Origin: Oopsacas minuta
Taxonomy: Eukaryota > Animalia > Porifera
Assembly: GCA_024704765.1 (NCBI GenBank)
Contig: JAKMXF010000359.1
Location: 88,423-152,422 of the forward strand
Length of the DNA stretch: 64,000 bases
Reading direction: 5' to 3'
The notes below the pieces were generated by a model that did not search any database, had not been told where the DNA came from, and saw only the letters and a program-made list of their open reading frames with translations. Shown one piece after another: positions 39,397 to 53,305 of this stretch (position 1 is the first letter of the stretch; the number at the start of each line of letters is the position of its first letter). A program made the translations under genes and the position numbers.

Positions 39397-41172
39397 TATT
39401 TATCACTAAAAAATGCTTTGACAATTACATTTTATGCTCAGTACGAATCTGGTGGTTGATGTGATTTTGAAAGGTTATTGTTTTGAATATCTTGTGTGAT
39501 TGGCCTATAGTCGCTATCATCAAGTAATTTTCCAAAGTCCGTAATTTCTCAGCTTTGGAACAGTGATTTTGACTGAACGGGTTCGAATTACCTTCAAAAC
39601 AATTGTTCTCATATTTTATCTACAAGTACCTTAACACCGTATTTCCAGCTTTATTTTCAGGGTTTAGTACCAGACTTACTACGACGACTCTGGAACAGGG
39701 TTAATTTATGATAACAAATTGTTTGATTTTTTATGTCGCACTAACCTTTGAATCCATGGTATAAATATTGATATCAATGGATAAAGTCATTCATTACAGA
39801 GTTTCACAATTGGAGTATTGCTTTTCCATATTTGCTAAGTTACCACTAGATTACGACTTTTCTGTCTGGAAGTAATTTCAAGATATAGACTGTGACAAAA
39901 TATACTATTTAATTTTGTTAATACAATAAAATTTGGATATTTTAACACATCTTTGCACGAATAATTTGTTAACACTGTAAGATTTATGGTATATCCGTGT
40001 CTAATTTGGATTCTATGAATTTGAAAATTCAGTATCAGATTTCCTATTTAGAGACCAAATGAAAATGAAGAAATTTTTCAATCCATGACATCGTGCCACT
40101 TTTCCATTTACAGCCATTATGATAGCTTTCACTAAGACACACTGGGTTTGAAATTTCTATTCATACAGAATTCTAAGAATTTCCTTAGGATTGATTTACA
40201 ATTGTGAACATTGATTCTTTGGTATTTATGTGGTATTTATGTAATTATTCATTAACAATTACGTGCTTTCTTTCTATTCTATAAATATATTGGAAGTTTC
40301 GATAATTGCAAATATTTTGCGTTCATTTCAACTATATTATTGCACCAATTTTTCATGATATTTACATCATATCCTCTCAATTAGTTATTCTCACAAGTTC
40401 AGATGATCTTATGGTGCGTCATAGAATTTCGGGATCACACTAATCCTCTTTTGGCGCTTCTTCGTTGCTCGCTACAAGGTTACTCGGTCTACATTCAGAG
40501 TTATTGATGGATTAGAAAGGGTTACAATTCCACCCACAATTAGATTACACGCTGCACTAACGGGCAGACGACAGTTCATTGAGCGCTCTTCATTTTTGAA
40601 GTCGCTCCCGCTCTGAATAAGGAGCAGCGCTCGCTCCTTACACAAAAACGCATTGCCCTCCGGCTCCCGCACCGAGTAAAAACGGTGCTCGCTCTAATTG
40701 TTCTCATTTTCATCCTTTCAGATTTACATGAGATTTGTATTTAAGTAATCAGGGGGGAGATAACCATTATACATTCGAGAAATTACCAAATGTGGAACGT
40801 CAACACACTTCGATACATTGTGAATTTTACAAAAGTGTCCCAGCATCTATTTTTAATCAAATGTTTACTGAATTTTCTGCAGAATATCTATGAACTTTGT
40901 GAATTGTTTGCAATTATGTAGGTCCGCGCTCCTTTAATGCTCTGGAAACGACTATTCAGTCTGGGCTTGCTTTACAATTTTCAGCTACAGCGACCTTTCA
41001 AACTAATGTCATTCATCTATTGTGTTTATATACTTATATAATCATACTTTTAGTACTTAAATAGTCCTTCTGAAGTCATTTTACGCATTTTTGCATTTAT
41101 TAGATCATCGTATAATCATTGTGCAATATTTTTTCTTGATTATGAACTACCACATTGAATTACCATCTTGAG

Positions 41173-41305
41173 CTGCGGTTCCCAACCTTTTTCATCCCTC
41201 GGCCCCCTATACCAATTTTAACACATTGTGTTGACCCCTTCTATAGACTCCGATAGATCCTGTGGTCTACCAACGTGTCCATGGATCCCAGGTTGGGAAC
41301 CGCTA
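41173..41305. mobile_element. hAT (Charlie-type) MITE
   Basis: Ends ctgcggttcccaacc / ggttgggaaccgcta. Flanks atcttgag and atctaggg (6 of 8 match) resemble the NTCTAGAN target. Confidence 0.6.
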
Positions 41306-42144
41306 ATCTAGGGTGAAAGTATAATCTCAACTGCTAAAAATTATATTTTTGAGAACTCTCTACCTCACTTAATACTATATTAATTGGCTTAAATTCTTAG
41401 AATTGATTAATTGTTATGATTTGGATTTAGATTTTGTGAATATGGCTCCAAATGTCATATAAATATTGGATGGAAAACTTGAATATAGTTATTTGTAACG
41501 CTACATAGCGCGATTAGACATCAGTGGCTAGTAAATATGATTTCTCTGTCGAATCGTGACACAATTAGTATTAAGTTATCAAGCATAAACCTTGTTCATT
41601 GTCAAAAATTGTCCAAACCCTATTTGATCTTTGATCAATATATGAATATTTGAAGTGGTATAAATAATAATTTGGCACCAATTGGACAAAACTTTATGTC
41701 AAACCTCATCTAGAATGTCTGACAAACAAAATTACATCGTTATATTTTCCTTCATATATTTTGAACTCATTGCACGCTAACATACGCTTGAGAGCACGAA
41801 TTTTTGGGTCTCAACTCAAGTTTGTTAGCTCTGCACAACCTCTAGGTTGGTTATATACTTCAGAAGTCCACAAGTAGTTTAGTTTGGGAACTAGTATACT
41901 TGTCTTACTTTGCTCCCCTATTCCGCATTTCCAAGAGGCAATCCAACAGCCTCATCACTAAAGTTGTGACTCAATAGGACTAATTAATGGATGTAATAAA
42001 GTTCCTTGTTTTACTCTCTATGATCAGAAAATATATTCTATTGTTGATTTCGCATTCACCGATATATATAGACACTTATTAGGAGTATTATATCAAGAAG
42101 ATATTAATATTTGAGGAAAATCTTTCTTAGTGTGGCACCATCTA

Positions 42145-43475
42145 CAAAGGGAATTCAATTAGTTCGTAACCTTAGCTATTGCTGTTATTGTTTAATCACA
42201 TGTATTTACTATTTGCATCTCATTTATAGCTTAGATTTCGTCTATTTACGACACTATACTTTGTGGAGATTGATCTAATATCTTTTGAGATACACCCTTT
42301 TGAAGATAGTTTATAGCAACCACAGAGGGCTTATAGCTTCATAATCTAATAAATTTCTACTTAAACAAAGAGCATACATCAAAATCCGCTCATTACTCTG
42401 CGATACGCCTAGGAATATTAACCAAGATGTTGTACAGGTATATGGTGGGGAGGTCTGTTCGAAATCAACCGTTAAGAGGTGGAGTCTACGTTTTCGTGAA
42501 GTTGGGGTGTCGGTTGAAGATGACCCTCGGTTAGAGCAACCTATAATTGCTACTACTGCAAACAATATTGCTCTGTAGCTGAAATGTGTGACTCTGATCC
42601 CCATATTACGATAGAGCAGTTAGCTACTAGCTTAACCTTGTCAACGGGAAGTGTTCATACAATTCCGACCATGCATCTTGGTATGTCCAAGGTTTGCTTA
42701 CGTTGGGTCCCACATTTGTTTAATCTGACTCAAAAAAAGACCCGGGTGAGAATTGCAAAAAAACTGCTTGAAAAGTATGACCAGTGTAGTGAGAGGCGAC
42801 TATTTGAAATATGTACCGGTGATGAGACGTGGATAAGATATTCAGGGCCAACTTGCAAAGAACAGAACAAGGTATGGATTGTAAAAGGAGTTCTCCCCCA
42901 GCACTACCAAGTCCGGATCATTGGGCCACCAAAGTAATGTACACCATATTTTTCGATGCACATGGTCCAGTCTACCAAATCTGTACTCCTAAGGGGCAAA
43001 TAGTTACCGGGCACTTTTATGCAACAGTTGTTATTCCGGAAATCAAAAAACATTATATTGAACGTCGGCCAGCCACGGGTCTTAGAGGAATCAAAATTTT
43101 GCATGATAATGCCAGACCGCACAATCTAATGCAGTCAAGGAAAAAATTGCTTCTATAGGTCTTGAGGAATTGGAACATCCACGCTATAGCCCTGACCTAT
43201 CACCGTGCGACTTTTGGCTGTTCGATGGGCTCAAAAAGCACCTAGCAGGTACAGTTTTTGGAGAACGGATGCAAATTAGAAGAGCCATCCAACGGTACCT
43301 CAGAGACATACTACAAGAAGAGTATAAGAAATCATTTTTCAAGTGGATAGAGCGTTTAAAGCTTGTAGCTGAGCACAAGGGAAACTACTTTGAACATATG
43401 TAGTAGTATTTGAGGCTTATCTCACTTATATAATACAAATATTCTAAGAGTTACGAATTAAATGAATACCCTTTG
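42145..43475 (+). mobile_element. mariner (DD34D) element, frameshifted
   Basis: TIR caaagggaattcaattagttcgtaac, imperfect at the right end. Motifs CLRWVPHL, CTGDETW, ILHDNARPH and HPRYSPDLSPCDFWLF. Confidence 0.88.
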
Positions 43476-43798
43476 AATTTATAGAGATACAGATTATCTC
43501 TTAGGTTTACTGCGAAAATTTCACCATTCTTTGAGAATTTCTGCATATTTTGAGTTGGAAAAGGGGAAATAGCTGAAATCTCGGGGAAATATTTAATCCA
43601 GGATTAAAATCCGACATTTTGTAAATGGGGTTGGTAATTATGCTGGCCCCCTAGCGCCGCCATTGCTTTCTGCATTATTTTATCACTTTCATTCGAGACA
43701 GCTTGTTTTATTATACATAGATAGAAGGGTGCTTTTTCCTTAATCCCTGATTAAGGATTTTCATTCTGTCTCTTATTATTTTTCTTTTTCGGATATAG

Positions 43799-43927
43799 TT
43801 TTCTGGATAATATTGTAAGAATCTCACAACCTCATTACTCACCATCTATTGATGACATTCTAAGATCGAGGAAAGCGACTACAGGGATTCAAGAGTATCC
43901 TTTTGATATATCCAGTATAACTTTCAG
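43799..43927 (+). CDS. GNAQ: Gq-class alpha subunit: exon equivalent to GNAQ exon 4 (switch I)
   Basis: A pyrimidine tract and ag acceptor. Reads (Y)FLDNIVRISQPHYSPSIDDILRSRKATTGIQEYPFDISSITF(R). It is 129 nt, phase 2 to 2, completes the TA|T codon of the previous exon, and has donor gttcaa. Confidence 0.92.
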
Positions 43928-45717
43928 GTTCAAGTTTGTTATTATCATGCTTCTCTTGCTTTGTCGTCTAGGGGATATTCATAGCCATGGCCTACTATAA
44001 TACGGCTGTACATGCTGCCGAATCAAGGAGAAAAATGAGAGTCCAGGTGTTGAAAATTGAAAATGTGTCGAGGCTGATAAACTGAAAAATACATGTGATA
44101 TGCATTAGGAATATATTATCGCATTAACAAAGTAGTGCTAAAGTATACATATATGTAGTTAATTATGTGATTAGTCATAAGTTTGGAATGTGCTATTATT
44201 CGCAAACAAATTCAAGTTCTAAACTGTATTTAGACATTATTTCCTTCATCTGTGATGTCCCATTGGTATATATTGGATTGAATTAATGTATGTGGTTCGA
44301 AAATTTCGATACATGAACGGAATGTGATCATACTCCTGCGCTGCTAAACAAAGGAATTTTGTCATATTTAAGTCATAACTCGATAACTATAAATCTTATC
44401 GATCTATAGTTGGTACTAGTGTTCTCGCAATATGTTACTTCATATTAATGAATAATATCTTTTAATGGTCTATATTCAATATATTTTGAGGAATTTACTT
44501 TTGATAACATGAAAGGAGGGTATACATAAATAATAATGTACATATCTAATAATTTATTTATTGTACCCCATTACTATTCGTTAATTGTAACTAACAATTT
44601 CCGCAAGCACTCGTATCTACTATTGATAGGTAGTACGTATTTATAGTTTTTGAGTTATGGCTTCAATATGACAAAACATATTTCCTTAGCAACACACCAA
44701 TGTCATCACATTCCGAACATGATATCAAAATTTTTGAATCCATTACATTAAATTCATCATAACATATATCAATCAAGCATTAAAGCAGTTCCTAAATACT
44801 GTTTAGAACTTGCATTTGTTAGGCTAATAATTGCACATTTCGCAACCTCATTATCATATATTTGACCACATGAATGTATACTATGATACTACGTTGCCTG
44901 TTACTAATATATTCAAAATGCCTATCACACACATTTTACAGTTTATCAGCCTTTGCAAATTGAACTCTTCTAAAGTGATCCTTATTTTTTCCATGATTCT
45001 GCAGCATGTATTGCTGTATTTTATTAGGTTGCAGAGCACTACATCCCTTGAATTGAAACTTTTTGTTGAAATCCTTTATTATCCAGGTTACATCTAAAAT
45101 ACATCCCTGGCCGGCTTCGATGCTCTCTAACAGCTGCAAATTTTTCGATTTTATATCTATTTGCTTCCCAATATTTTTATAAAATATTCATAGAATTTTA
45201 CCAGTGTGAAGTTAGAAGAGTATTAGACCAGAGCCACTTCTGCCACATATTTAACTGACTTCTAGTTATAAGATTCGAATGAAATTAATTTCATTCAGTA
45301 GTGAGTAGTGAAATGTTAGTCGTGTCTCGAATACTCCTGGAAAAGTTGCCATTTTCGACTTCAAAAAGGTGAGGAAATCTAGATTTTGGTGTTGGAATTG
45401 GTTAAAACGAGGTGGTAAATTGATCCTGTTCCTTTTCGTTACGAATATAATATTTTGGCCGTAATCGGTAATAGTAGAGTAATTTTGAATATTGACGTGT
45501 CATGAAGCTGTCTTTTTGGGCCTTTTTAACCATACTAATGAGATAGGTTCCGACCATCCCGGACTCTTTATCAAAGTGAGAGAGCTTCGCAAGTTCCGTT
45601 TTGTTAAAACTTTCTTTCGAAATCAAATAATGATCAATTTTTACTTCAAATATTAGCAACTAAGCTCTCTAATTTGCAGACATACTCTGACATGTTCCCA
45701 ATTTATTTCATCAATAA

Positions 45718-47085
45718 CGCTGATATATAAAATTGTAAAAGTTTTTGATGATTAAATAAAAATGGCTGAAATTGAAGAATTTGAAGGGATTGTTTATGAA
45801 TGCGTTAAGTATGTATTCACAACAGGTCCAGAATTTGTAATTTTCTGGTTGGAAGATTGCACCAATATGCGATTTACTATATGAAATTAAACATACATTT
45901 ATGTTTAGTACCCACTAAACCATATTAATATTAACTATCACTAGTGCGCTATGCTTCCTTGCGCTACGCGGATTCTAACACTTCGTGTCCGTACTCGGCC
46001 TTCGGCCCTCGCTTAAGACTATTCGTTTGTGTGATATTCGAAATCAGCGTCCCGATTACCCCACAATAACCGTTGACGTTTCTAGGATAATTTTAAAATT
46101 TGTTTACTTTTTGTTTACCTATTATTCATATAAACTACTAAAATTTGTATGACAAATCCATAAGTGTGATTCGGATTCAGCATATTCGCTAACCTTTAGT
46201 CAAGTTTATGAAATTTGTATATTTTCTTGATTAACACCATAGATATATAGATACATGCATTTTTGCAACTACGAATTCCACATTCCATTCCAGCTTCCTT
46301 AGCAACGGACAAACGGACAGACAGACAGACAAACAGATAGCAGCGACAATTATAGTATCTGGACTACTATCATTGTCACTGCAAATGTCCAATATTTCAA
46401 ATGGAACTGTACAGGTAGGTCCTCTGAATGTGGAACTGGCCTAATGGCGGACGGTACGTCTGGTTACGCAATAGTGGATTTATTCTTTATTGTGATACCA
46501 TCAATTTTCGTCATACAGAAATGACAATCCGAAAGAAGACACATTGGTTCTCTCCATATCATTGGAACCTCAAACGGGATTATATTTCTCTTCCCAGCAT
46601 ACTACAAGCGTCTTTCAGGCATTGTGTGGAGCCCACGGCTTATCTTGATCCCCAAGATGGCATCCAAAATAAGCGAAATAACAGCTTTCTACAGCCTTTG
46701 TGATTTTGTCATTGGTTCGTTGTAGTATACCTCCCACAAATATAACAAAACTTTTCGGAGAATTTTTGCAAACCAGAGAAGCCATAAACAATAAAATGAA
46801 CGAAATAAACTAAATGTCGAGTGGAATAAAACAGATTATAACTACTATTAGAGGCAATTTAGATCATGTAAGCAATGAAACCAAATAAATTGGATGTTGA
46901 TGTGTAGAATTGAATTTAGAAATATTTTTGACCATGTGGTCAATTAAAAGATCGATATAACTAAAATAGAAATTTCTTACTTTTAGTACCCTGAGAATGA
47001 AAAACAGATCATAATTCCCAAAATATATCTTCACTATGCAAAAATAATAGAGAAAGAAGATCATCAACAATGTTGTATATCAGTG
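45718..47085 (-). mobile_element. Non-autonomous Chapaev3 derivative, copy B
   Basis: TAA TSD (45715-45717 and 47086-47088). Ends cgctgatatataaa / cactgatatacaac. Colinear with 22264-23642. Confidence 0.85.
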
Positions 47086-47569
47086 TAATATTTATAGTAA
47101 TGACAAAGATGAATTCAATTCTCTACGAGTATATCTTTTTTTTTTCAATTTTTCAGTTTTCGATTTTGATGTCATTAATTGAGCTTATATTTCTTGATTC
47201 ATAGTCTTCTCTATATAAGGCCAACCATCAACCTAGAATTTTTGACTAGGTATATAGAAGTTTACTGTATATATTATATTTGTATACAGAATGGTTTCAT
47301 ATTGCATGAATAGTACTTATCTGCCCAAATACATGTATTACTGATATGTATAATATCATGTGTCCAAACCTAAAGAGAAAAATTTCAAAATATGACAATT
47401 TCTTGTAAAATAATGTACGAAATGATGTGACGATGCTTTTGTCAAACATATTATTATTTTGTCAAGATAAAGTTAGAAGGTTTATGAGTTACAATTATTA
47501 ACATCCACTTGTACTCACCATGGTTGCTAGTAATTTTTCAATATCCATTTATATGTCAAAACCCTCAAT

Positions 47570-49965
47570 CAGGGTTGGGGTCAATTACAATTATAATTGT
47601 GTAATTGGAATTTAATTGTAATTGAAAATTTCAAGAGTCTTATAATCGCAATTAATCGTAATTGATTTCCTATTTGGTGTGATAGTTCAATTATGTATTT
47701 CAATTACATTTTTGGTTTCATGGGTGTGAAATGTTCCAGTGAATTATAAAATTATGTGTGTTCGGGTGCACAAAGTTCCTATAAATATCACTGCAGCATG
47801 AATACTAAATCATGCATGTAACCTGTGAAACAACAAATGAAACGATTAATATTTTGATTTAGCAAAGAAGCCAAATATACTATTCATTGTCAAAATATAA
47901 TATAAAATAGAACTTTAATTTGTTGTAACAACTTGCAACGCAGTGTTACATTAACATTTCACTTACAATGTCTCCTCCTATATTTGATCACTTTGATCCT
48001 CCTGAACATCACACTAGCGTCACATTTAAATGAAATGTAAACGCTGTAACAAATTGGTATCTGGCTCATATATAGCAACCTCCAACTTCCATGCTCACAT
48101 GAAGGCAAGTTTCAAAATACGTAGTTTCGTTTTCACCATTGAAAGGTCAAATTGCTTTTTTCTAATCACTAGAGGCATCATCCAGAGGTTGACATAAATC
48201 CCGCGACTGGTTCATCGTCCGATCAGAGTATTATGAAATTTATTTCTGTTACATCAGACACTTGGAGTTTACAAGGCTCTAGGCAAATAGATCTTACAAA
48301 AGTTTTGTAAACTTTATTGCTTGCTCACTACAACCACTTTCCAGAGTTGATGATCCCAATTTCTGTGCACTTTTACATAAAGCTCAACCAGCCTAGATCT
48401 TACCTAGCCGTAAACATCTTAGTGCCAGGCTCGTACCTGAGAGAACAACTTAACTTCATGCCAACATTCTCACATGTCTCAGCGCAGTTGATGCTATCTG
48501 TTTGACATTAGACCTCGGGTCGAGTAGAGATATGAGAAGTTATGGTGGCACAACAGGACATTTTATTGAAGATTTCAAACTTAAGAGTGTCATGTTAGCC
48601 TGTCATCGCTTTAAGGGTCCTGACACTGCTAAAAACATACTTCTAAACTACCAACAAGTCACTTGTAATTTCAATATTGAGAGAAAGATCACTACAATAA
48701 TCACTGACAATGCTGCAAATATGATTAAAGCGTTCGTAGCTCTACCTGGATTTGAAGTAGATAACGTAAGTGTTAGCGACAGTGATGATGAGGATAATGA
48801 AATGGAATTCCTTCCTGGTTTCAATATTTTGGATTACCTCCCTAAACACGTCCCCTGCTTTGCACATACTAATCAACTAGTAGTTAAGGATGGACTGAAG
48901 GAGATAGGATCAATATCGAATACTATTAATAGAGGGTCCTAACTGGTTAGCCATATCCGCCATTCAACCTGGCTACAGAGTTATTTGAAAATGATATATA
49001 GTTACAATCAAAGAATGATACAAGGTGGAATAACATAAGTAAGATGCTAAAGTCTATTCTTCAAGCGGATCTCACCAAAATGGAAATGTTAGATATCTCT
49101 GGCAAACTTAGTAAGTACGAAATGAAGATCCTATAAGAAATCATAGAAATATAAATCACAATTTGTCACAACTTTAATATCATCAGTTAATGCCCGTTTT
49201 GCATGATACGAACAAAATGAAGGATTTCAAATGGCAGGAATCCTTGATCCAAGGTGGAAATTAGACTGGTATAGACCTGATGAAGTTACTCTTTACACTA
49301 ATTTCCTTATTGAAAAAGTCTCATTACAATATGGACCAAATAAAATGGATGAATTGGAGACAACAGCATCCACTGCAAGGAAAAGATGCAGACTATTCAA
49401 CTTTATGGTATCTCAAAGCATTCCAATATCGAATTCAAAGGGACCGTCACAAACCCAGGTGGAGATCTATCTTTCCCAACCAACGATTTCAGAGAATGCT
49501 GAGCCATTAATCTATTGGGAGAAAGAATTTCCTCAGCTTACTAAAGTTGCCTTGTGCTATCTTGCAACCCCGCTTCTTCAGCCCCTATTGAAAGATTGTT
49601 TTCGATAGCCAGAAAGGCTTCCAAACCGGAGATATGTAGGATATCAGATAATCGGTTTGAAGAACTAATGTTCATAAGATGCAACTCTAGCTACCATTAA
49701 GAGTTTAATTTGAGTTGGAAATAGTATCATACTTCTTAATTAGTAGTTCAGTATAATATCCGTCTCATAATTTGATTAGTTATTAAGATTGTCCTAATTT
49801 ATGCTCTATCATGTTTACTGCATTCATTATTCAAAGTTAATATTCATACAGTGTAATTGTAATTAATTGTAATTGGAGGGAAAATTGTAATGTAATTGTA
49901 ATTGAACATTTTACCTGTCTTGTAATTGATTCGTAATTGAACAAAGGTCATTGACCTCAACCCTG
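47570..49965 (+). mobile_element. hAT (BED-finger, Ac/ZBED-type) transposon, decayed
   Basis: Perfect 8-bp TSD ccctcaat, TIR cagggttg(g/a)ggtcaat and subterminal gtaattg arrays. Motifs ITTIITDNAANM, HVPCFAHTNQLVVKDG and GILDPRWK. Confidence 0.92.
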
Positions 49966-50851
49966 CCCTCAATCATATAACAAAACTCCTTATTGCCAAT
50001 TTATAGCATATAAGTACCCGATTTCCATTCCCTTATTGTACATTTTGATATGATATCTCCTATGATAATGACGCAATCCTGAATATTACTATATATCTCT
50101 TTATTGATGACAATGCAATAATCCTTGAGATATAATATCATAATGTATTACAAGCGTATGGGTTCGATCGAAACTAGTATTTCGTTATATATGATTTCGA
50201 TATAAGTGTGTTTGACAGTATGCAATATGAGGGTGGATAGTCAGCTCCGATTTTACCTCTGATTTGATTGAATTTATGGTTATCTCATTGGTGAATTCCG
50301 AATTCGTTATGTACAGATGCCTCCTATATACTAAATAGAGTTTGGTTGCTATTGAAAATTGTTAGGCGGGACTTTATTTCAGTGGACGTGATTTATTTTT
50401 TGGGTCATGATGAAGTAATAATTAAATGATGAGTTTATATTAGCCCAAATCATGATATCAGTTCATTTAACATGTTGAGACGTACCTGTGATTCAAATTT
50501 CCACCTTCTATCATATAAATTGATTTGTAGTGGCAAATAATGTGATTTTCGAAGATCCAAAAGCGTGACAATGACATCCTAATTTCGTCATAGCTCTGAA
50601 TTTTTGTCCAAGATTCATCCTATCCGAGTCAGGCCCAAAATACCCATGTATTCCAACAATCACCACTTGTAACCCAACAGTTTCTCAATCATTCTGAATA
50701 TCCAAACATGTTCATATACATACTAGCGCTCTTCCCTTGCTAGGAACTAACCTCATTGATTTTATTAAAGAATGTTTACCTCTGTTAACCTTTTAACCAT
50801 TATTATCCAAAGGCTTTAACCACCCACTTAATTCTATTGACCTAACTTCTA

Positions 50852-51100
50852 CAGTAGAACTTCGATTATGCGGCACCTCGGTTATCCGAATATCAGAAAT
50901 ATCATTTTAGTTTGTGAACATATTTTCAATTTCATCATAACAGAATGGTTTATTTTACTTCGGTACTTAGTTTCTGATGATGTGACATTTTCAGCCTTAG
51001 TATATAAATATGCATTGAAATATACGAAATTCCAACTTCGCTCTTTCAGTCATCCGAACACCAAATTTGAAAGCCTATGATGAAGGTGTTTGAATATTCA
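50852..51100. repeat. Possible pogo/Tigger-type terminal fragment
   Basis: ta|cagtagaacttcgattatgcggcacctcggttatccgaa resembles pogo TIRs. The partner end is not confirmed. Confidence 0.35.
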
Positions 51101-53305
51101 AGGAAATACTATACATAAGGTTCAGATGAATAAACGAGGGTTACCTGAAAGTTCTAGACACAGTGAGAAAAATCGGTACTTGAGGAAAAAGAGCGGTTTC
51201 TGTGGCTTAAATGCATATTAGATGTAATATTTGGATATGGGTTTGGGAAAATTAATGAGAATCGGTAAATTTAGATATGACCTCTTTAAGTGGCGTCATC
51301 ACTAATTATGATGTCATAATAATATACAAAAAATAATATTTAATAATAATCCATTATTTTCCTCTCAAGGAATTAGAAATAAATACATAAATATGCAATT
51401 TGCGTTACAAATATTATTACTTAAGTGGAGAATTTAATAAGCTATTTTGCTCCCGTATGAACAAGCGTTGTTTTGCAATTTAGTTTGCATATGTGACTTA
51501 ACTCACCACAATTTTTGCAAACAACAGAGTGTTTGAATGTTTTCAATACAGGGTCGTTTTGAGATGTTAGACGGACAAATATATCCATCGTATTTATACT
51601 GAAAGAGTTCTTACCAGCGACGCGTTCACAGTATTTGCGCATCCACTTGTTACAAGATTCGATCCCTTTTCTAAAATCCTTCATCCCCAAACCTTTGTTA
51701 TCATCTAATAAGTTCAGTACTATGAGCAAGTAATTACGTAGAGATGGAATAATATTAGTCCATGCGAATTGTATTTGAATGTATTCATAAGTGTAAAGAA
51801 CATCATGGACAATTGTATTTATCTCTCGACTACTGCTATAAGATCGTAGTACAGCTGTGAGAGATTCATATGAATTTTCTTTAGAGGATCTTGCGATTCT
51901 GCAGGAATTAATGTTGTTGCCAATGTATATAATAGTTTGTAACTGAAAGATTTGATTTTAGTGTTACTGGTGAATGTTGTGCCCCCTTGACTGGTTGGTT
52001 GGTCAATTTTTGGCCCGTCTTTTGTATGAACCCACTAACAAATTTCAATGAATTTCTCACTTATGTTGAACTTTGTGACCATTTACCAGACCCAGATTGT
52101 AAATTATACACTAGTATCATGAACCAATCGAAAACACATGTATACAAATGAAGGGCTAAAGCAGGAATCGCGTCGATTTCAGATAGCGTTTCATGAGTGC
52201 TAATGTAATTGAAGAGCTAAGAAATCTGTGGGATCGAATGAAGCAAATATATCTTTCGCATTAGTAATTGTTCGATTAATTGGATGTCCTGAAGGTATGA
52301 AATCCTTATCTTGTAGCTCATCAAATGTAGCTGTAACAATTTGCAGTTCGCACCACCAGCACCAGAAAAGATACCCGACATCTTTTCATCGAACATACAA
52401 GTACATATCTTCAACCTTTACAAGACTTGAAGGGAGAGTTACAACATCATGCTCAATTGTGTTAGTTTCATGATTAATATATGACTCCAATAGAAACCTC
52501 ACATTTTTGACTTTCTTTCTTATCAATAATAACACAGGTCTAATCTCAAAATGTGAATTAGGTATTATATTGATCCATATATCTTTTCAGCTGGAGCTTT
52601 TAGGGAAGAAGTTTGATGACAAACAAGATGAAATTTTCGAATTCAAATATACACTTTCTTAAAGTTGATTATATTGGATGAAATCCTGAAACATCAAGGC
52701 CATCTAATATCCTCAAAGCTAATGGAAATTTCCTATCATCCATTTGCGGAAGCGTGGAAAGAAGTCGAATGACAGTAAGATTTAGGATTATTTCATAAGA
52801 AATATGAATTCCGACAGGAATTTGATCGGAGTTATTGAAGATCATTAGCAAGAGCTATGTTAGAACAATATAGAGCAACAAATCTGTATGCTGGAAGGGA
52901 AATGTTTTCGATGAGAGAACTTTTCTTTTCAATTTATATCTGGGATAATAGGAAAGTTATTTTCTCAATCGAAGTGTGTCTTTCTGTTTGCATACGTACT
53001 CACGTTCCTAAAGTAATAATCTCTTTATAAAGGGTGGAGTTTTGGACATCATGAGAAATATCAGTACCTAATTGAAGAGCATAAGAAGCTATAGTTTTTA
53101 TCAACTTCTTCCCTTGTAGCAAATTCTTCATTTCACTTGAGAAGTGGTCGTAATCTAATCTTCAAATCATTGCACAGTGGCACGACATGTGGAAATAGGT
53201 GAAAAAATCATAACCTCAAATTGCTTTATAATGTGGATATTTGACTTCAGCACCCCCACAAACCTCGTAAAACATTTGACATCTCTACAATAGACTTTCC
53301 ATTTA

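Noticed and set aside
4956-43403. Many 60-180 aa ORFs antisense to or overlapping transposase genes (e.g. 19203-19742, 21218-21757, 35879-36262)
   Set aside because: They are shadow frames of transposon sequence, often duplicated with the elements, and contain no independent motifs.
47580-47720. gtaattg arrays (also at 49850-49940 and ~400-425) as a CRISPR-like or satellite array
   Set aside because: They are short irregular subterminal repeats of hAT elements, with no repeat-spacer periodicity.
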